A stretch of DNA of 32,000 nucleotides, taken from assembly GCA_029856105.1 (NCBI GenBank), contig JAHQWH010000016.1:24580-56579 (forward strand), read 5' to 3'. Both the position numbers and the translations under genes were made by a program. The notes below the pieces were generated by a model. That model did not search any database. It was not told the DNA's origin and saw only the letters and a list, made by a program, of their open reading frames with translations. This stretch comes from Promethearchaeia archaeon (lineage in GTDB: Archaea > Asgardarchaeota > Lokiarchaeia > Sigyniarchaeales > SOKP01). Of this stretch, positions 15,670-25,217 are shown in pieces. Every line of letters begins with the position of its first letter. Within the stretch, counting starts at the first letter, position 1.

Positions 15670-16287
15670 TTACATATATTCTAATTCTAATTTCTCTACT
15701 ATTTCGATTCCAAAATTTTTTTCTAAAAAATATTGAGCTTCTGAACGAGAAACATAATGGTGTTTAGGAACTTTAGTTCGACTTTTTCTTCTGTACTTAA
15801 CTCTCATACCAGGTCTAACTATTCGACCAACAACATCAAGGCCCCAGATGCCAATCGCGTTATCATATTCTATTCCTGGAATGGTGATATGTTCAGTAAT
15901 ACCAAAACCAAAATTACCATAATTATCAAAACTTTTTCTTAACATTTTATCGTTATTTACAACAAAAAGCCTTTTTAGCAATTTTTCAGCTTCTTTTCTC
16001 CGTATAGTTACCATCGTTCCAATTGGGCGTCCTATCCGTAAGTTGAATTCTTTTACATTTTTCTTAGAAAGAGTTTTTATAGGAGTTTTACCAGAGATCG
16101 TTTGTAATACCGTAAAGGCTCTTTCTAATTCTTCACCCCCAGCACCTACTCCAATATTTAGAACCACTTTGTCTAAGTAAGGTTTTTTCATTGGATGAGT
16201 CCACATCTCTTCAAATATCTTTTCTTGCTCTTTTCGTGATTTTTTCTGAGTTTTTTTTGCTGCTTTGACTGACATAATTGAATTCAC
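15670..16287 (-). CDS. rpl5: 50S ribosomal protein uL5
   Basis: LDKVVLNIGVGAGGEELERA...NFGFGITEHITIPGIEYD. Confidence 0.92.
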   Translation of the reverse strand: MNSIMSVKAAKKTQKKSRKEQEKIFEEMWTHPMKKPYLDKVVLNIGVGAGGEELERAFTVLQTISGKTPIKTLSKKNVKEFNLRIGRPIGTMVTIRRKEAEKLLKRLFVVNNDKMLRKSFDNYGNFGFGITEHITIPGIEYDNAIGIWGLDVVGRIVRPGMRVKYRRKSRTKVPKHHYVSRSEAQYFLEKNFGIEIVEKLELEYM

Positions 16288-16296
16288 TTCTTTATT

Positions 16297-17049
16297 TTAT
16301 TCTATTTTTGGTAAACTAATTTCGGATTGATCCTCTCCTATAATAAAAGTATAATCGTAAAGAGTTTCTGTATGTTCAGAATTATGTTGTATAGATACCG
16401 TACTTGCTTTCGGACCAAACCGCTTTAATATATTTATAACTTTTCCTAATTGTCCGATGTTTTTCCCGGACATGATAATCGCTAAATTTCCTTCTTTAAA
16501 TTTTAAAACTTTAAGAATTTCTTGTTCTGGGATTGAAATTTTTAAAACATCCATTCTTTTGTAAATATCCTCTTTAGTGTTACTTGGGTCTTTAACTCGT
16601 ATTAGAATGTTCTTTCCATCGTGTAAGTTTAATTGAATATGTCCTCCCTTTATCGTGGTTTTTTGGGTTATTCTACATAATTTAAAGGTACTTTCTGCTT
16701 CATTTATTTCATGTAGTATTAATCCGTAGTGAGAATCTGGTAGAATTCGATAATGTTTGTTTATTTTTTCTATACTTAGCACATCCATTAAACCAACTGG
16801 ATATGTTGTATCTTTTACTATCCTTCCATCTACCTTAAATTTACCGAGTCCTATTAATTTTTTCGCTTCTCTATGGTTATCGACTATCTTCAGAAGATCC
16901 CTGACAATATGGAGTAAAGGCAAGCAGAATCTGATTGGATGAGGGCCAGATGATGCCTTCATAAAGAACTTGCCGTGCTTTCTTTTTATTTGTAGAAATT
17001 TAGGCGTGTTGAGTCTTTTTAACGCTCTAGAACCACCATGTCTAGTCAT
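16297..17049 (-). CDS. rps4e: 30S ribosomal protein eS4
   Basis: HGGSRALKRLNTPKF...GPHPIRFCLPLLHIVRDLL...VDGRIVKDTTYPVGLMDVLSI. Confidence 0.93.
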   Translation of the reverse strand: MTRHGGSRALKRLNTPKFLQIKRKHGKFFMKASSGPHPIRFCLPLLHIVRDLLKIVDNHREAKKLIGLGKFKVDGRIVKDTTYPVGLMDVLSIEKINKHYRILPDSHYGLILHEINEAESTFKLCRITQKTTIKGGHIQLNLHDGKNILIRVKDPSNTKEDIYKRMDVLKISIPEQEILKVLKFKEGNLAIIMSGKNIGQLGKVINILKRFGPKASTVSIQHNSEHTETLYDYTFIIGEDQSEISLPKIE

Positions 17050-17481
17050 CTATTTCTCCTCCTCCTCTTTTTGTTTTTTTGGAGCTCTTAACTCATCTTC
17101 CCTTAATCCAAAAACGGCTTTCCTGTCAATCATACCTGCCCGCCAAGGGTCCATTTTTTTTTCTTTAGCGAATTTTGTTATTATCAAATTCGATATATGA
17201 ATGGCTGGATGAAACTGAGTTCCATCTGCTTTATCAAAAGTTGCTTCCTTAATTTTTGCCCTCTGTTCTTTCGTGATCTCCATAACTTCTCCCTCAAAAT
17301 TTTTGAATTCACCCGTCACAACTTTAACTCCATCACCAACTCTAAGGGGAAGTGTTCTAATCCCATACTCATCTCTTACAAAATCGGCAACTCTTGTTGA
17401 TAATAGTTTTGACCTTTGATGATTCTTATAAGTAAATAACGCTTTCCGCTGCTTTTTAGGCTGTTTTGATTTTGCTTTCAT
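17050..17481 (-). CDS. rpl24: 50S ribosomal protein uL24 (L24/L26e)
   Basis: KOW-type LPLRVGDGVKVVTGEFKNFEGEVMEI and operon position. Confidence 0.9.
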   Translation of the reverse strand: MKAKSKQPKKQRKALFTYKNHQRSKLLSTRVADFVRDEYGIRTLPLRVGDGVKVVTGEFKNFEGEVMEITKEQRAKIKEATFDKADGTQFHPAIHISNLIITKFAKEKKMDPWRAGMIDRKAVFGLREDELRAPKKQKEEEEK

Positions 17482-17504
17482 ACTTTTTAACCTTATGATC
17501 TTAA

Positions 17505-17930
17505 TTATATAATTAATGAAGAAATGGATGCTAAACGTGGAAATAATTCAGCAGCTTCCCTCGCAATTGGACCCCGAATTTCTGTACCTTTAGGGTCGCC
17601 TTCCCGGGTTATTAAAACTCCTGCATTATCTTCAAAAGATAATCTTGTGCCGTCTACTCGCTTATATATCATCTTTTGTCTAACAATTACAGCTTTTAAT
17701 ATCGTTCCGCGTAAATCTGGGCGACCTTTTTTAACAGTTACTGTGCAGACTGACCCTACAGAAGCTTGTGGCAGCCTTCTTAAACGGGTTTTTGCATGGT
17801 CGACATTAATTATTTGGGCAATTTTTGCGCCAGAATTATCAGTAATAAAAATTTTTGAACCATTTTGTACACCGTAACTAGTTCTTGATTTCATCTGCGT
17901 TTTTCTTCCCATTTTTCTTCTGGTTCCCAT
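17505..17930 (-). CDS. rpl14: 50S ribosomal protein uL14
   Basis: ITDNSGAKIAQIINV...GSVCTVTVKKGRPDLRG...DNAGVLI. The ATG abuts the uS17 stop. Confidence 0.92.
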   Translation of the reverse strand: MGTRRKMGRKTQMKSRTSYGVQNGSKIFITDNSGAKIAQIINVDHAKTRLRRLPQASVGSVCTVTVKKGRPDLRGTILKAVIVRQKMIYKRVDGTRLSFEDNAGVLITREGDPKGTEIRGPIAREAAELFPRLASISSLII

Positions 17931-18281
17931 CTACATCGCCCCACTCTTTATTTTATCTAATACTATGAACGCTTTTGTCTTTGAGAGTTTTCTGCTTTCT
18001 CCTACACGCACTAAATCTCCTACTTGAATTTCTGGAGTTAAACATTCGGGTAAATGACATGCAAGGCGCGAATTACGCCTTTCATATCGTTGATACTTCT
18101 TAACAAATTGAACATAATCTTGTCTAATAACTACAGTGTTTTTTGATTTTTTATTAACTACTACTCCTTGAGTAATCTTACCTCTTATTCGTGTATTTCC
18201 GTGAAATGGACAATCCTTATCGCTACATTCACGCATTTTTGGAGGATTTACTCCAGGAATACCGATATTTCGAACGCTCAT
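17931..18281 (-). CDS. rps17: 30S ribosomal protein uS17
   Basis: CSDKDCPFHGNTRIRGKITQGVVVNKKSKNTVVI...YERRNSRLACHLP. Confidence 0.92.
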   Translation of the reverse strand: MSVRNIGIPGVNPPKMRECSDKDCPFHGNTRIRGKITQGVVVNKKSKNTVVIRQDYVQFVKKYQRYERRNSRLACHLPECLTPEIQVGDLVRVGESRKLSKTKAFIVLDKIKSGAM

Positions 18282-18282
18282 T

Positions 18283-18576
18283 TTATTTTCTCAACCACTT
18301 CTTTTTTTTTAAACTTCTTAATCTGTTTTCAGGAACGCCAACAATTTTAGATCCATTTAATTCTAACGTTCCTTCTTCAAGCTTGAATCTAAAAATATAA
18401 TCTTTTTTGATGTACTTTTTTAGTGAATTATTTTTTTCTGATATCAACATATTTCGGGTATCGTCAATTATCGTACCAATATCCGAGAATGTGGTACTAT
18501 TTGATTTTGATTTAAGTTTAGCATACGCCTTAAAGCCAATTAAATCGTGGTAAATCAAATATTTTGAACTTATCAT
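18283..18576 (-). CDS. rnp1: RNase P protein component 1 (Rpp29/Pop4 homolog)
   Basis: 97 aa. LIGFKAYAKLKSKSNSTTFSDIGTIIDDTRNMLIS...LNGSKIVGVPENRL fits the archaeal Rpp29 pattern. Canonical position between uL29 and uS17. Confidence 0.8.
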   Translation of the reverse strand: MISSKYLIYHDLIGFKAYAKLKSKSNSTTFSDIGTIIDDTRNMLISEKNNSLKKYIKKDYIFRFKLEEGTLELNGSKIVGVPENRLRSLKKKKWLRK

Positions 18577-18788
18577 TATACATTCAACTTTTTAATTTCA
18601 TTTTTTACTGTTAGAACTCTTGCTATTTGTTTCCTTAAAATTTTTGCCTTTGCGGGATTATCAGCGATACCACCACCCGTTTGTTGGCTATATAACATCA
18701 TTAATTCTTCTCTTAACGTTAATAGGGTCCGCTCCCTTTCTCGTTCGTCCATTTCTCGGACTTTTGCCACGGTAATAATATCCATCAT
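18576..18788 (-). CDS. rpl29: 50S ribosomal protein uL29
   Basis: 70 aa. VREMDERERERTLLTLREELMMLYSQQTGGGIADNPAKAKILRKQIARVLTV. Confidence 0.9.
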   Translation of the reverse strand: MMDIITVAKVREMDERERERTLLTLREELMMLYSQQTGGGIADNPAKAKILRKQIARVLTVKNEIKKLNV

Positions 18789-18800
18789 TTACACTCTTTT

Positions 18801-19613
18801 TTACTTTTTAACTTTTTTTTCCTTTACAGTATCTTTTTCTTCTTCTTCTTTTTCTGGCTCTAGCGAAATTTCAGAAATATCTTCTTCTTCTACTTCTTCA
18901 AATAATTCTTTTTCTACTTCGGTGAGCTCTCCTTCTTCTACGGTAATTTCGTAATCTTTCTCTGCTCTCGTTTTGGTAAATTCTGCTTCCTTTTTTACTT
19001 GCACTTTTGCTAGTGCTTCATGATTAATTTTAACTGTGTCTCCCAATCTTATGTCCGCTTGCATAATTTTTACTATGATACCTAAAGTGCCACTTTTTTG
19101 GACGCACTGCGCCACGCCTTTGTCCACTCCTTCTTGAGCAGGTTGGCCCGATTTTTTCATTGTACCCGCGCGAAACACGGTCGTTCTGGCACGTTGGCTC
19201 GTGACCTTACCTGAAACTATAATCTCTGTACCTCTTGCGCCAGAATCCATTATTTTGCGTAAGATGTAATAACCAGCCCTTCTATAATGCCGGCCTCTAT
19301 CGAGACTATACGCTAACCTCTCAGCCATAATTTGGGCGTTTAAATCGGGGTTAGCGACCTCTTCGACCTCGATCTGGGGTAATTCCAGGTCAAATTTCTG
19401 CTGTAAGATGTCCGTAATCTCTTGAATGCGCTTGCCACCTTTGCCTATCACGAGGCCCGGACGGGAGGTTCTTAGAGTGATTCTAACGCCGAGTGGTGTC
19501 TGTTGCATATCAATACCTGCAAATCCAGCTCTAACAAACTCTTTACGCAAAAATTCGTTTATTTGCATCAACTTGATGCCTTGTTCGATGAAATGTTTTG
19601 CTAAGGGACTCAT
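18801..19613 (-). CDS. rps3: 30S ribosomal protein uS3, with a long acidic C-terminal extension
   Basis: KH domain (RPGLVIGKGGKRIQEITDILQQKF), then GARGTEIIVSGK. The tail is E/K-rich (EEVEEEDISEISLEPEKEEEEKD). Confidence 0.93.
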   Translation of the reverse strand: MSPLAKHFIEQGIKLMQINEFLRKEFVRAGFAGIDMQQTPLGVRITLRTSRPGLVIGKGGKRIQEITDILQQKFDLELPQIEVEEVANPDLNAQIMAERLAYSLDRGRHYRRAGYYILRKIMDSGARGTEIIVSGKVTSQRARTTVFRAGTMKKSGQPAQEGVDKGVAQCVQKSGTLGIIVKIMQADIRLGDTVKINHEALAKVQVKKEAEFTKTRAEKDYEITVEEGELTEVEKELFEEVEEEDISEISLEPEKEEEEKDTVKEKKVKK

Positions 19614-19650
19614 TATCTTTAATATTTAATTTTTTTTTAATTTGTTTTCA

Positions 19651-20130
19651 TTAACTTGGAAATTCGTAAATTACAATTTCTACATGACTTAAATGCCTAA
19701 ATTTTGCGGTCGATCTACCTTGAGCGCGTTCAATGTAGCGCTTTATGATTCGACCCCTATGTGTAGCAGCGTGAATAATCCTGCATTGATCGACATCTAA
19801 GCCTTTATACTCTGCGTTGGATTCGACGGAAGTGAGAAGTTCATAGATTCTTGCGGCAGCTTTTTGAGGATATCTACCGGCATACCAATTGAATTGCTTT
19901 AAATCTTTTCTATGAGCTTGTTTTTTTTTATGTCTTCTGAAAGGTACTGATTGTTTTAACTGAATAACTTTTTCAAGATACCTTTTAGCTTGGTCCAATT
20001 TCATACCATTTATCACGGCACAAATTTCTCTTGAGGGTTTTGGCTTTATCCGTAAATCTCTCCCTGAAGCTTTAGCCAATCTATCTACATCGTATTTTTC
20101 TTCGCTAAAGGAATAACCCCAGTTAGGCAT
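19651..20130 (-). CDS. rpl22: 50S ribosomal protein uL22 (L22/L17e)
   Basis: KPSREICAVINGMKLDQAKRYLEKVI...VPFRRH...GRYPQKAAARIYELL. Confidence 0.92.
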   Translation of the reverse strand: MPNWGYSFSEEKYDVDRLAKASGRDLRIKPKPSREICAVINGMKLDQAKRYLEKVIQLKQSVPFRRHKKKQAHRKDLKQFNWYAGRYPQKAAARIYELLTSVESNAEYKGLDVDQCRIIHAATHRGRIIKRYIERAQGRSTAKFRHLSHVEIVIYEFPS

Positions 20131-20172
20131 TTTGTATCATCTCAATTATTTATTTTATTATTATAATATTGA

Positions 20173-20706
20173 TTATTTTAAAGGAACATATTTACTTGAA
20201 CGTGTAGCTCCAATTCCGGGAGAACCATGTTGAACGCGTCTTCTAGTGAGTGAAAACTCTCCTAAGTAATGTCCAATCATTTCAGGTTTTACATCAACAA
20301 CTTCATATTGTTTTCCGTTATAAACGCCTATTCTCAAACCTACCATCTCAGGAAAAATCAACATATCTCTCACATGTGTTCGCGTAAGAAGATCTTTTCC
20401 TCTTTTTTTGGCTCTGTAAGCTCGTCTTAGTCTTTCAAGAAGTTTTCTCTGTCTAGGAGGTAACCCTCTCTTTAGAGATCTTCGCGCTCGTGCTGGTAAC
20501 AATTGAATAAACTCGTCCATATTCATTCTCTTTAATTGGTCTAATGTATGGCCTCTATAATGAAATTTAAGACGATCTCTTTCTTTTGCAAGATCTAATT
20601 CTTTGGTATCTTCTACTTCTTCAGATTCTTTAGAAGATTCTTTTGCAGCATCTTCTGTTATCGTTTCTTTTTGTTTTCCATCGTTCTGTTCTTCATTTGG
20701 AGCCAT
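20173..20706 (-). CDS. rps19: 30S ribosomal protein uS19 (S19/S15e), with a ~45-aa acidic N-terminal extension
   Basis: [24 protein letters not shown]...[59 protein letters not shown]. Confidence 0.93.
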   Translation of the reverse strand: MAPNEEQNDGKQKETITEDAAKESSKESEEVEDTKELDLAKERDRLKFHYRGHTLDQLKRMNMDEFIQLLPARARRSLKRGLPPRQRKLLERLRRAYRAKKRGKDLLTRTHVRDMLIFPEMVGLRIGVYNGKQYEVVDVKPEMIGHYLGEFSLTRRRVQHGSPGIGATRSSKYVPLK

Positions 20707-20730
20707 TTTTCCACCAATCTACTTGTTCCA

Positions 20731-20743
20731 TTTAATTTATAAT
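20731..20743 (-). promoter_or_regulatory. candidate TATA-like box for the r-protein operon
   Basis: The minus strand reads ATTATAAATTAAAT about 30 nt upstream of the uS19 ATG. GGTGG lies just upstream of the start codon. Confidence 0.35.
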
Positions 20744-20939
20744 GTTTTTTTTTACACTTTTATTACTTCGTGTAATGATAGAAGTTATCTATCAAATTTT
20801 AATTTTATTAAAACAAAGGAACTAAAAACACAAAATTTAAAAGGTTGGAATGTGACCTCCAAGGAAAACTATATCATCTCAAAATCTCATATTTTATCGG
20901 ATCAAATGAGTTCTAAATTCTTACTTTCGTGAATTATAT

Positions 20940-21647
20940 TTAATGATAATTATTGGGGTTAAACGCTCTTATTATGTCTTCTTCGTCGAATTCACCGCTC
21001 CATTTTTCTTCAATTAAAACAAATCGTTCAGGATTGTTGTTTGGATTTATAACGGAGTGGTAAGTCCTTTTTGCGTTTAAGAACTCTGTTTCATTTTCAA
21101 CAAAATAATGTACTTTATTCCCGTTAATTATTATTGGTTTACCTTTCAATATTTTCCACGATTCACTCCTAAATTTATGAGTTTGGATGGAGATTCCTAT
21201 CTTTGGTTTAATAAATATTAAATTATAATCAGGGTATGTGAATTTAATACTGTACCACTTAGCTAAAGTGTCAATGTATCCATCTGGAACTTTATATTTC
21301 TTGCAAAATCGAATTGGGTCAAATATTTCTTTTTTAGACGATTCGTACACATAAGGTTCATAAATTACTATATGACTAGAAATATCGCTACTATATTTTA
21401 GATTAATTTCCCCATCTCCTTTATTAATTACCATGTAATAATCGTTTGGTTTGACAATTAGATTAGATGCGCTTAAATTTTGAGTAAAAAAAGTGGTCCC
21501 ATTTATAAGATATATTTTTTTTAGAGCATTAGAATCTATTAGAATTGTTAGTTCTTCTTGTCCATTTTTTCTAAGATTTGTGCCTTTCTCAGGTTGAATT
21601 ATCTCTTCTAACATCCTTTTAACACCTACATCCTCTATATCACACAA
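20940..21647 (-). CDS. cupin-domain protein, type II phosphomannose-isomerase-like
   Basis: 235 aa. C-terminal SIQTHKFRSESWKILKGKPIIINGNKVHYF...YHSVINPNNNPERFVLIEEKWSGEFDEEDIIRAFNP resembles the PMI type II cupin. Overlaps the ribokinase 3' end by 13 nt. Confidence 0.55.
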   Translation of the reverse strand: MCDIEDVGVKRMLEEIIQPEKGTNLRKNGQEELTILIDSNALKKIYLINGTTFFTQNLSASNLIVKPNDYYMVINKGDGEINLKYSSDISSHIVIYEPYVYESSKKEIFDPIRFCKKYKVPDGYIDTLAKWYSIKFTYPDYNLIFIKPKIGISIQTHKFRSESWKILKGKPIIINGNKVHYFVENETEFLNAKRTYHSVINPNNNPERFVLIEEKWSGEFDEEDIIRAFNPNNYH

Positions 21648-22606
21648 ATATCTTTATATTTTTTGAAGTGTCTTTCAATTTCATCAATAAATGGCATTGA
21701 TTCTTGCGCTCCTTTCCTCGTCACTGCTATTGAGGCGGCTACTGTTGCGTACTTTACCGAAGTGATTAAATCTTCGCCTTGGTTTAATTTGCTTGCTAAA
21801 ACTCCGTTAAAGCAATCTCCAGCGCCTACTGTATCGACTGGCTTAACCTTAAAAGCGGGTATTTCAATAATTTTTTCTTCTGCAGCGTTATATATCATAC
21901 ATCCTTTACTACCTAATGTAGTTACGATTGTTTTAACTCCTATTTTTGAAATATCTTTTGAAGCTTGAATAATTTTACCTTTAGATTCGCCAACTAACTC
22001 TTTAAGATTTAAAAGAGAATGTAATCGTAGTAATTCTCCCTCGTTGGGGATTAATACATCAATATTTCTCAAAATTGATAAACTAATTGGTTTTAACGGC
22101 GCAGGATTAAGAATTTTAACAGCCTTCCCTTGAACTGCTATTTTAAAAATTTCTTCAATTGAATCAATGGGAATCTCCATCTGAACGATCAAAGCGTTAG
22201 CGTTTTTTATGACTTCGGAATTTATTCGGATGTCTTCTGGCGTTAAATTGAAGTTTGCTCCGGGCGCTACACTAATCATATTCTCTCCGTTCTCGTCTAT
22301 CATTATAAAAGCGATCCCGCTCGATTCGTAAGGATCCCTTATAATATGTTCTATGTCCACGCCTTCATTGTTTAATTGAGAAGTCATTTGATCTCCATAC
22401 GAGTCTATGCCGACCTTACCAATAAAAATAGTATTAGATCCAGATCTCACAGAAGCCACCGCTTGATTCGCGCCTTTTCCTCCCAGGAATTGCTTAAATG
22501 TGCCCCCAGTTACAGTTTCACCTGGTTCCGGTAACCGTTGCGAGTATATGTTTAAATCCATATTACTCGAACCAATAATTAGAACGTATTGGTTGCTATT
22601 TGACAT
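21635..22606 (-). CDS. rbsK: ribokinase (PfkB family)
   Basis: 323 aa. GGKGANQAVA and the DTVGAGDCFNG signature motifs. Confidence 0.85.
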   Translation of the reverse strand: MSNSNQYVLIIGSSNMDLNIYSQRLPEPGETVTGGTFKQFLGGKGANQAVASVRSGSNTIFIGKVGIDSYGDQMTSQLNNEGVDIEHIIRDPYESSGIAFIMIDENGENMISVAPGANFNLTPEDIRINSEVIKNANALIVQMEIPIDSIEEIFKIAVQGKAVKILNPAPLKPISLSILRNIDVLIPNEGELLRLHSLLNLKELVGESKGKIIQASKDISKIGVKTIVTTLGSKGCMIYNAAEEKIIEIPAFKVKPVDTVGAGDCFNGVLASKLNQGEDLITSVKYATVAASIAVTRKGAQESMPFIDEIERHFKKYKDICVI

Positions 22607-22801
22607 AATTTTACCACTTTAAAATCGCGATTTTTAGAACTCTCTTCGCTTTATATTATCAATTTATGAAACATCACAATTAAAACCAAGTGATTCTTAA
22701 CGAATGGTTTTAATTTAATATAATTTTAAAAATAATATTAAGCAATGTAAATATGCTTGAAAAAATATACTAAAAACTTAATATAAACAAAGGTATTGAT
22801 A

Positions 22802-23119
22802 ATGGCAAAAGATAAGATAATTGGCCTAATCGTAATGCTCCTTGGTATCCTTATCGCGGTAGTTTATACCATGGGAAGCGTCGTTGATTTATGGTTTGGC
22901 ACTCTTGGTGCAAACCCAAATTGGGACGTTGCCTTCCGATTATTTGGTATCGATTGGCTCGATTGGAGATTATTCACTGTTCTACCACTCTGGATTATGG
23001 TTCTTCTAATAGCAATTATTGCTATATGGATAGGATATTCGATGCTCACGACTCCAGCACCAGTTCCGCTCGAAGAATTGGAAGAGGAGTTAGCTGCTGA
23101 AGAAGAATCGGGAGAGTAG
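22802..23119 (+). CDS. small two-TM membrane protein with an acidic C-terminal tail
   Basis: The ATG at 22802 is preferred over the TTG at 22796. Contains IIGLIVMLLGILIAVVY and LPLWIMVLLIAIIAIWIGY. Tail is LEELEEELAAEEESGE. Confidence 0.6.
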   Translation: MAKDKIIGLIVMLLGILIAVVYTMGSVVDLWFGTLGANPNWDVAFRLFGIDWLDWRLFTVLPLWIMVLLIAIIAIWIGYSMLTTPAPVPLEELEEELAAEEESGE

Positions 23120-23136
23120 AAAGGATATAATTAACC

Positions 23137-23152
23137 TTTTTTATTTTTTTTT
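23137..23152 (+). terminator. oligo-T tract after the 22802-23119 gene
   Basis: TTTTTTATTTTTTTTT. Archaeal terminators are oligo-T runs. Confidence 0.4.
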
Positions 23153-23174
23153 ATTTAAAATTATATATTTATAC

Positions 23175-23915
23175 CTAAAATTCTAGTTTCATCGCATTCA
23201 GGTTTAGGTTATTTAAATCAATTTGAATTAAAGAGTAATTAGGAATTTCTTTCGCATTCTCAGTTAAGGGAGTAGTGCTTACAAGGATTTCTTTTTGTTT
23301 TTTACTTAAAAATAAGGTGTGGTGCCTGCCGTTAAAATTAGTTTTATGATTAGTGATGACATTGCATGTGTGCGAATTAAATAGAAATGCGTTCGCGCCA
23401 GCACCTATCTCAATCTCTTTAAAAAGGGATTCCAAGGTATTCTTTAAATTTTTACCATCTTGTAGTTCGTCTATAATAGCACATAGATATTTTCGAGTGT
23501 CCAAGTTAGTATTACTATAAATACTTTCCAATTTTGGGTTTTTTAATTTTTTATCTGGAAAACCTTTTATGATTCCATTATGAGTTATGATATATTTCTC
23601 ACCAATATCGATAGGATGTACGTCTCTAAAGGTCTTTTTCCAAGGGAGAGTTTTTCTCGCGTGGACTAAAAGGAAACGAGTTTTAATCTTAGTGAGGTTT
23701 TTCCAGTCCGCGTGGTAAATTTGAGTTATATCTCGCTTTATTACGAGTTTGTTGTCATCTTCAGAGATATAAGCGAAACCCCAACCCAATCCATGGTGCC
23801 CAAAAAGGTTATACTTCCTTAAATAATGCCAATGGCACGAGGTTACAAATTTTTTTAAAATTTTAAAATCAATTTGAAAGGGTTCAAGCGAACACTGAAA
23901 AAACATACGACACAT
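23175..23915 (-). CDS. class II (Ntn-type) glutamine amidotransferase domain protein
   Basis: 246 aa. Starts with Met-Cys (MCRMF), the position of the Ntn nucleophile. Also GWGFAYI...LLVHARKTL...VHPI...ITHNGII. Confidence 0.65.
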   Translation of the reverse strand: MCRMFFQCSLEPFQIDFKILKKFVTSCHWHYLRKYNLFGHHGLGWGFAYISEDDNKLVIKRDITQIYHADWKNLTKIKTRFLLVHARKTLPWKKTFRDVHPIDIGEKYIITHNGIIKGFPDKKLKNPKLESIYSNTNLDTRKYLCAIIDELQDGKNLKNTLESLFKEIEIGAGANAFLFNSHTCNVITNHKTNFNGRHHTLFLSKKQKEILVSTTPLTENAKEIPNYSLIQIDLNNLNLNAMKLEF

Positions 23916-23953
23916 AGTTATTCGTTTAAAAAAATTTTATTCAAATATCAAAG

Positions 23954-25075
23954 TTAAGACTCCGCTAAAAAGTAAGCGAATATTGAACCGTTATCGTGAC
24001 AGGCAATTAAAATATTTGAGTTAAAATCATATTTTAGGTCGTTTAAACACGATTTTTTTTGAATTTTAGTAATAATTTTGCCAGAAACTTCGTCAATAAT
24101 CAACAATTTCCCCTTAGTCGTTCCTAAAACAATATAACTATTCGAACCTATTTTAGTTTGAATCAAGCATTCCGTATTTATATGTGTTATGTCCCATTTT
24201 TTTTCTAATTTTTGGTTCAAACACATAAGTTTTGAGCTGAATTCGATATCTTCGATGTTAACAGACTCGTCAAAATATTCAAACGAATAGGTACTTACTA
24301 ATAAATAACTTTCGTCATTATGAAGGAACGAAAGGCATTTCCAGACATAATCGTCGAATTGAATTGATTTAATTTCTTCTTGAGTAAGTTTATCGATTAA
24401 GTGAAGTTTTTTATCGTCTCCCCCACAAACAATCAATTCTCTATTTTTTGATTTGAAAATCGAAACGCAACGAATTTTATCTTTAAATCGTTTAAACCAA
24501 ACTAAAGCTCCATCTTTTCCCTTAAAAACTCTGATTGATCCATCGTTTCCACATGCAATTACTTCTTTTGTTCCAAAGTCAGCAGAATCTCTATAAGTTA
24601 TTGCTTCACCTATTCCATCTTCAAAAATCTGCCCCCAGATTAAAGAACCATCAATAGGGTTTAAAACTCTTAAGCTTTTATCTATCGAATACGCGATAAT
24701 TTCGTCTATGTTATCGTGGTTTATGTCCTCAAACAAAAATCCGCTAATAGACGCACCAAATTGATGTGCCCAAAATGGTTTCAATTCATAGGAGAGATTG
24801 CATTTAAACACTCTTAATAAGCCATCTAAACCCCCCAAGATAACTTCGTTTTTTCTATCGCTATCTATATCGCATATCTTTCCGTTCCAAATCGAAGATT
24901 CTTTTGCGATTTCTAATTCAGATATTAACTTACCTTTCATAGAAAGTATAAGAAGTCTCCCGGATTTAGAGAATGCTATAATTTCATAGCTTCCGTTATT
25001 GTTAATATCTCCTACTTCAATCCCAAGAATTGACTCGCTATTAAGGAAATCCCATCGTTCTTTAATATACATCAT
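23954..25075 (-). CDS. cytoplasmic beta-propeller protein with FG-GAP-like repeats
   Basis: 373 aa, no signal peptide. Repeated D-x-[DN]-x-[DN]-x3-E-[IV] loops followed by DG-x-[LI]-R-V-[FL] (GDINNNGSYEIIAF, CDIDSDRKNEVILGGLDGLLRVF, EDINHDNIDEIIAYSIDKSLRVL, KEVIACGNDGSIRVF). Confidence 0.6.
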   Translation of the reverse strand: MMYIKERWDFLNSESILGIEVGDINNNGSYEIIAFSKSGRLLILSMKGKLISELEIAKESSIWNGKICDIDSDRKNEVILGGLDGLLRVFKCNLSYELKPFWAHQFGASISGFLFEDINHDNIDEIIAYSIDKSLRVLNPIDGSLIWGQIFEDGIGEAITYRDSADFGTKEVIACGNDGSIRVFKGKDGALVWFKRFKDKIRCVSIFKSKNRELIVCGGDDKKLHLIDKLTQEEIKSIQFDDYVWKCLSFLHNDESYLLVSTYSFEYFDESVNIEDIEFSSKLMCLNQKLEKKWDITHINTECLIQTKIGSNSYIVLGTTKGKLLIIDEVSGKIITKIQKKSCLNDLKYDFNSNILIACHDNGSIFAYFLAES

Positions 25076-25217
25076 TATTACTATTGCTAAACTGTTATTT
25101 CAATATAGGAAAATGTTTTTTGAAACATCAATAATTTTTTATAAAATATAATTATAAATAAAATTAAAATCAAATTTCTTTTTAATTAATAAAATTTTTA
25201 ATAAAGAGGAATAAAAA

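Noticed and set aside
11459-20932. Many 60-117-aa plus-strand ORFs across the r-protein operon, for example 17524-17877 and 20603-20932.
   Set aside because: All are antisense shadows of highly conserved ribosomal protein genes. 20603-20932 partly covers the promoter region but has no start context or recognisable features.
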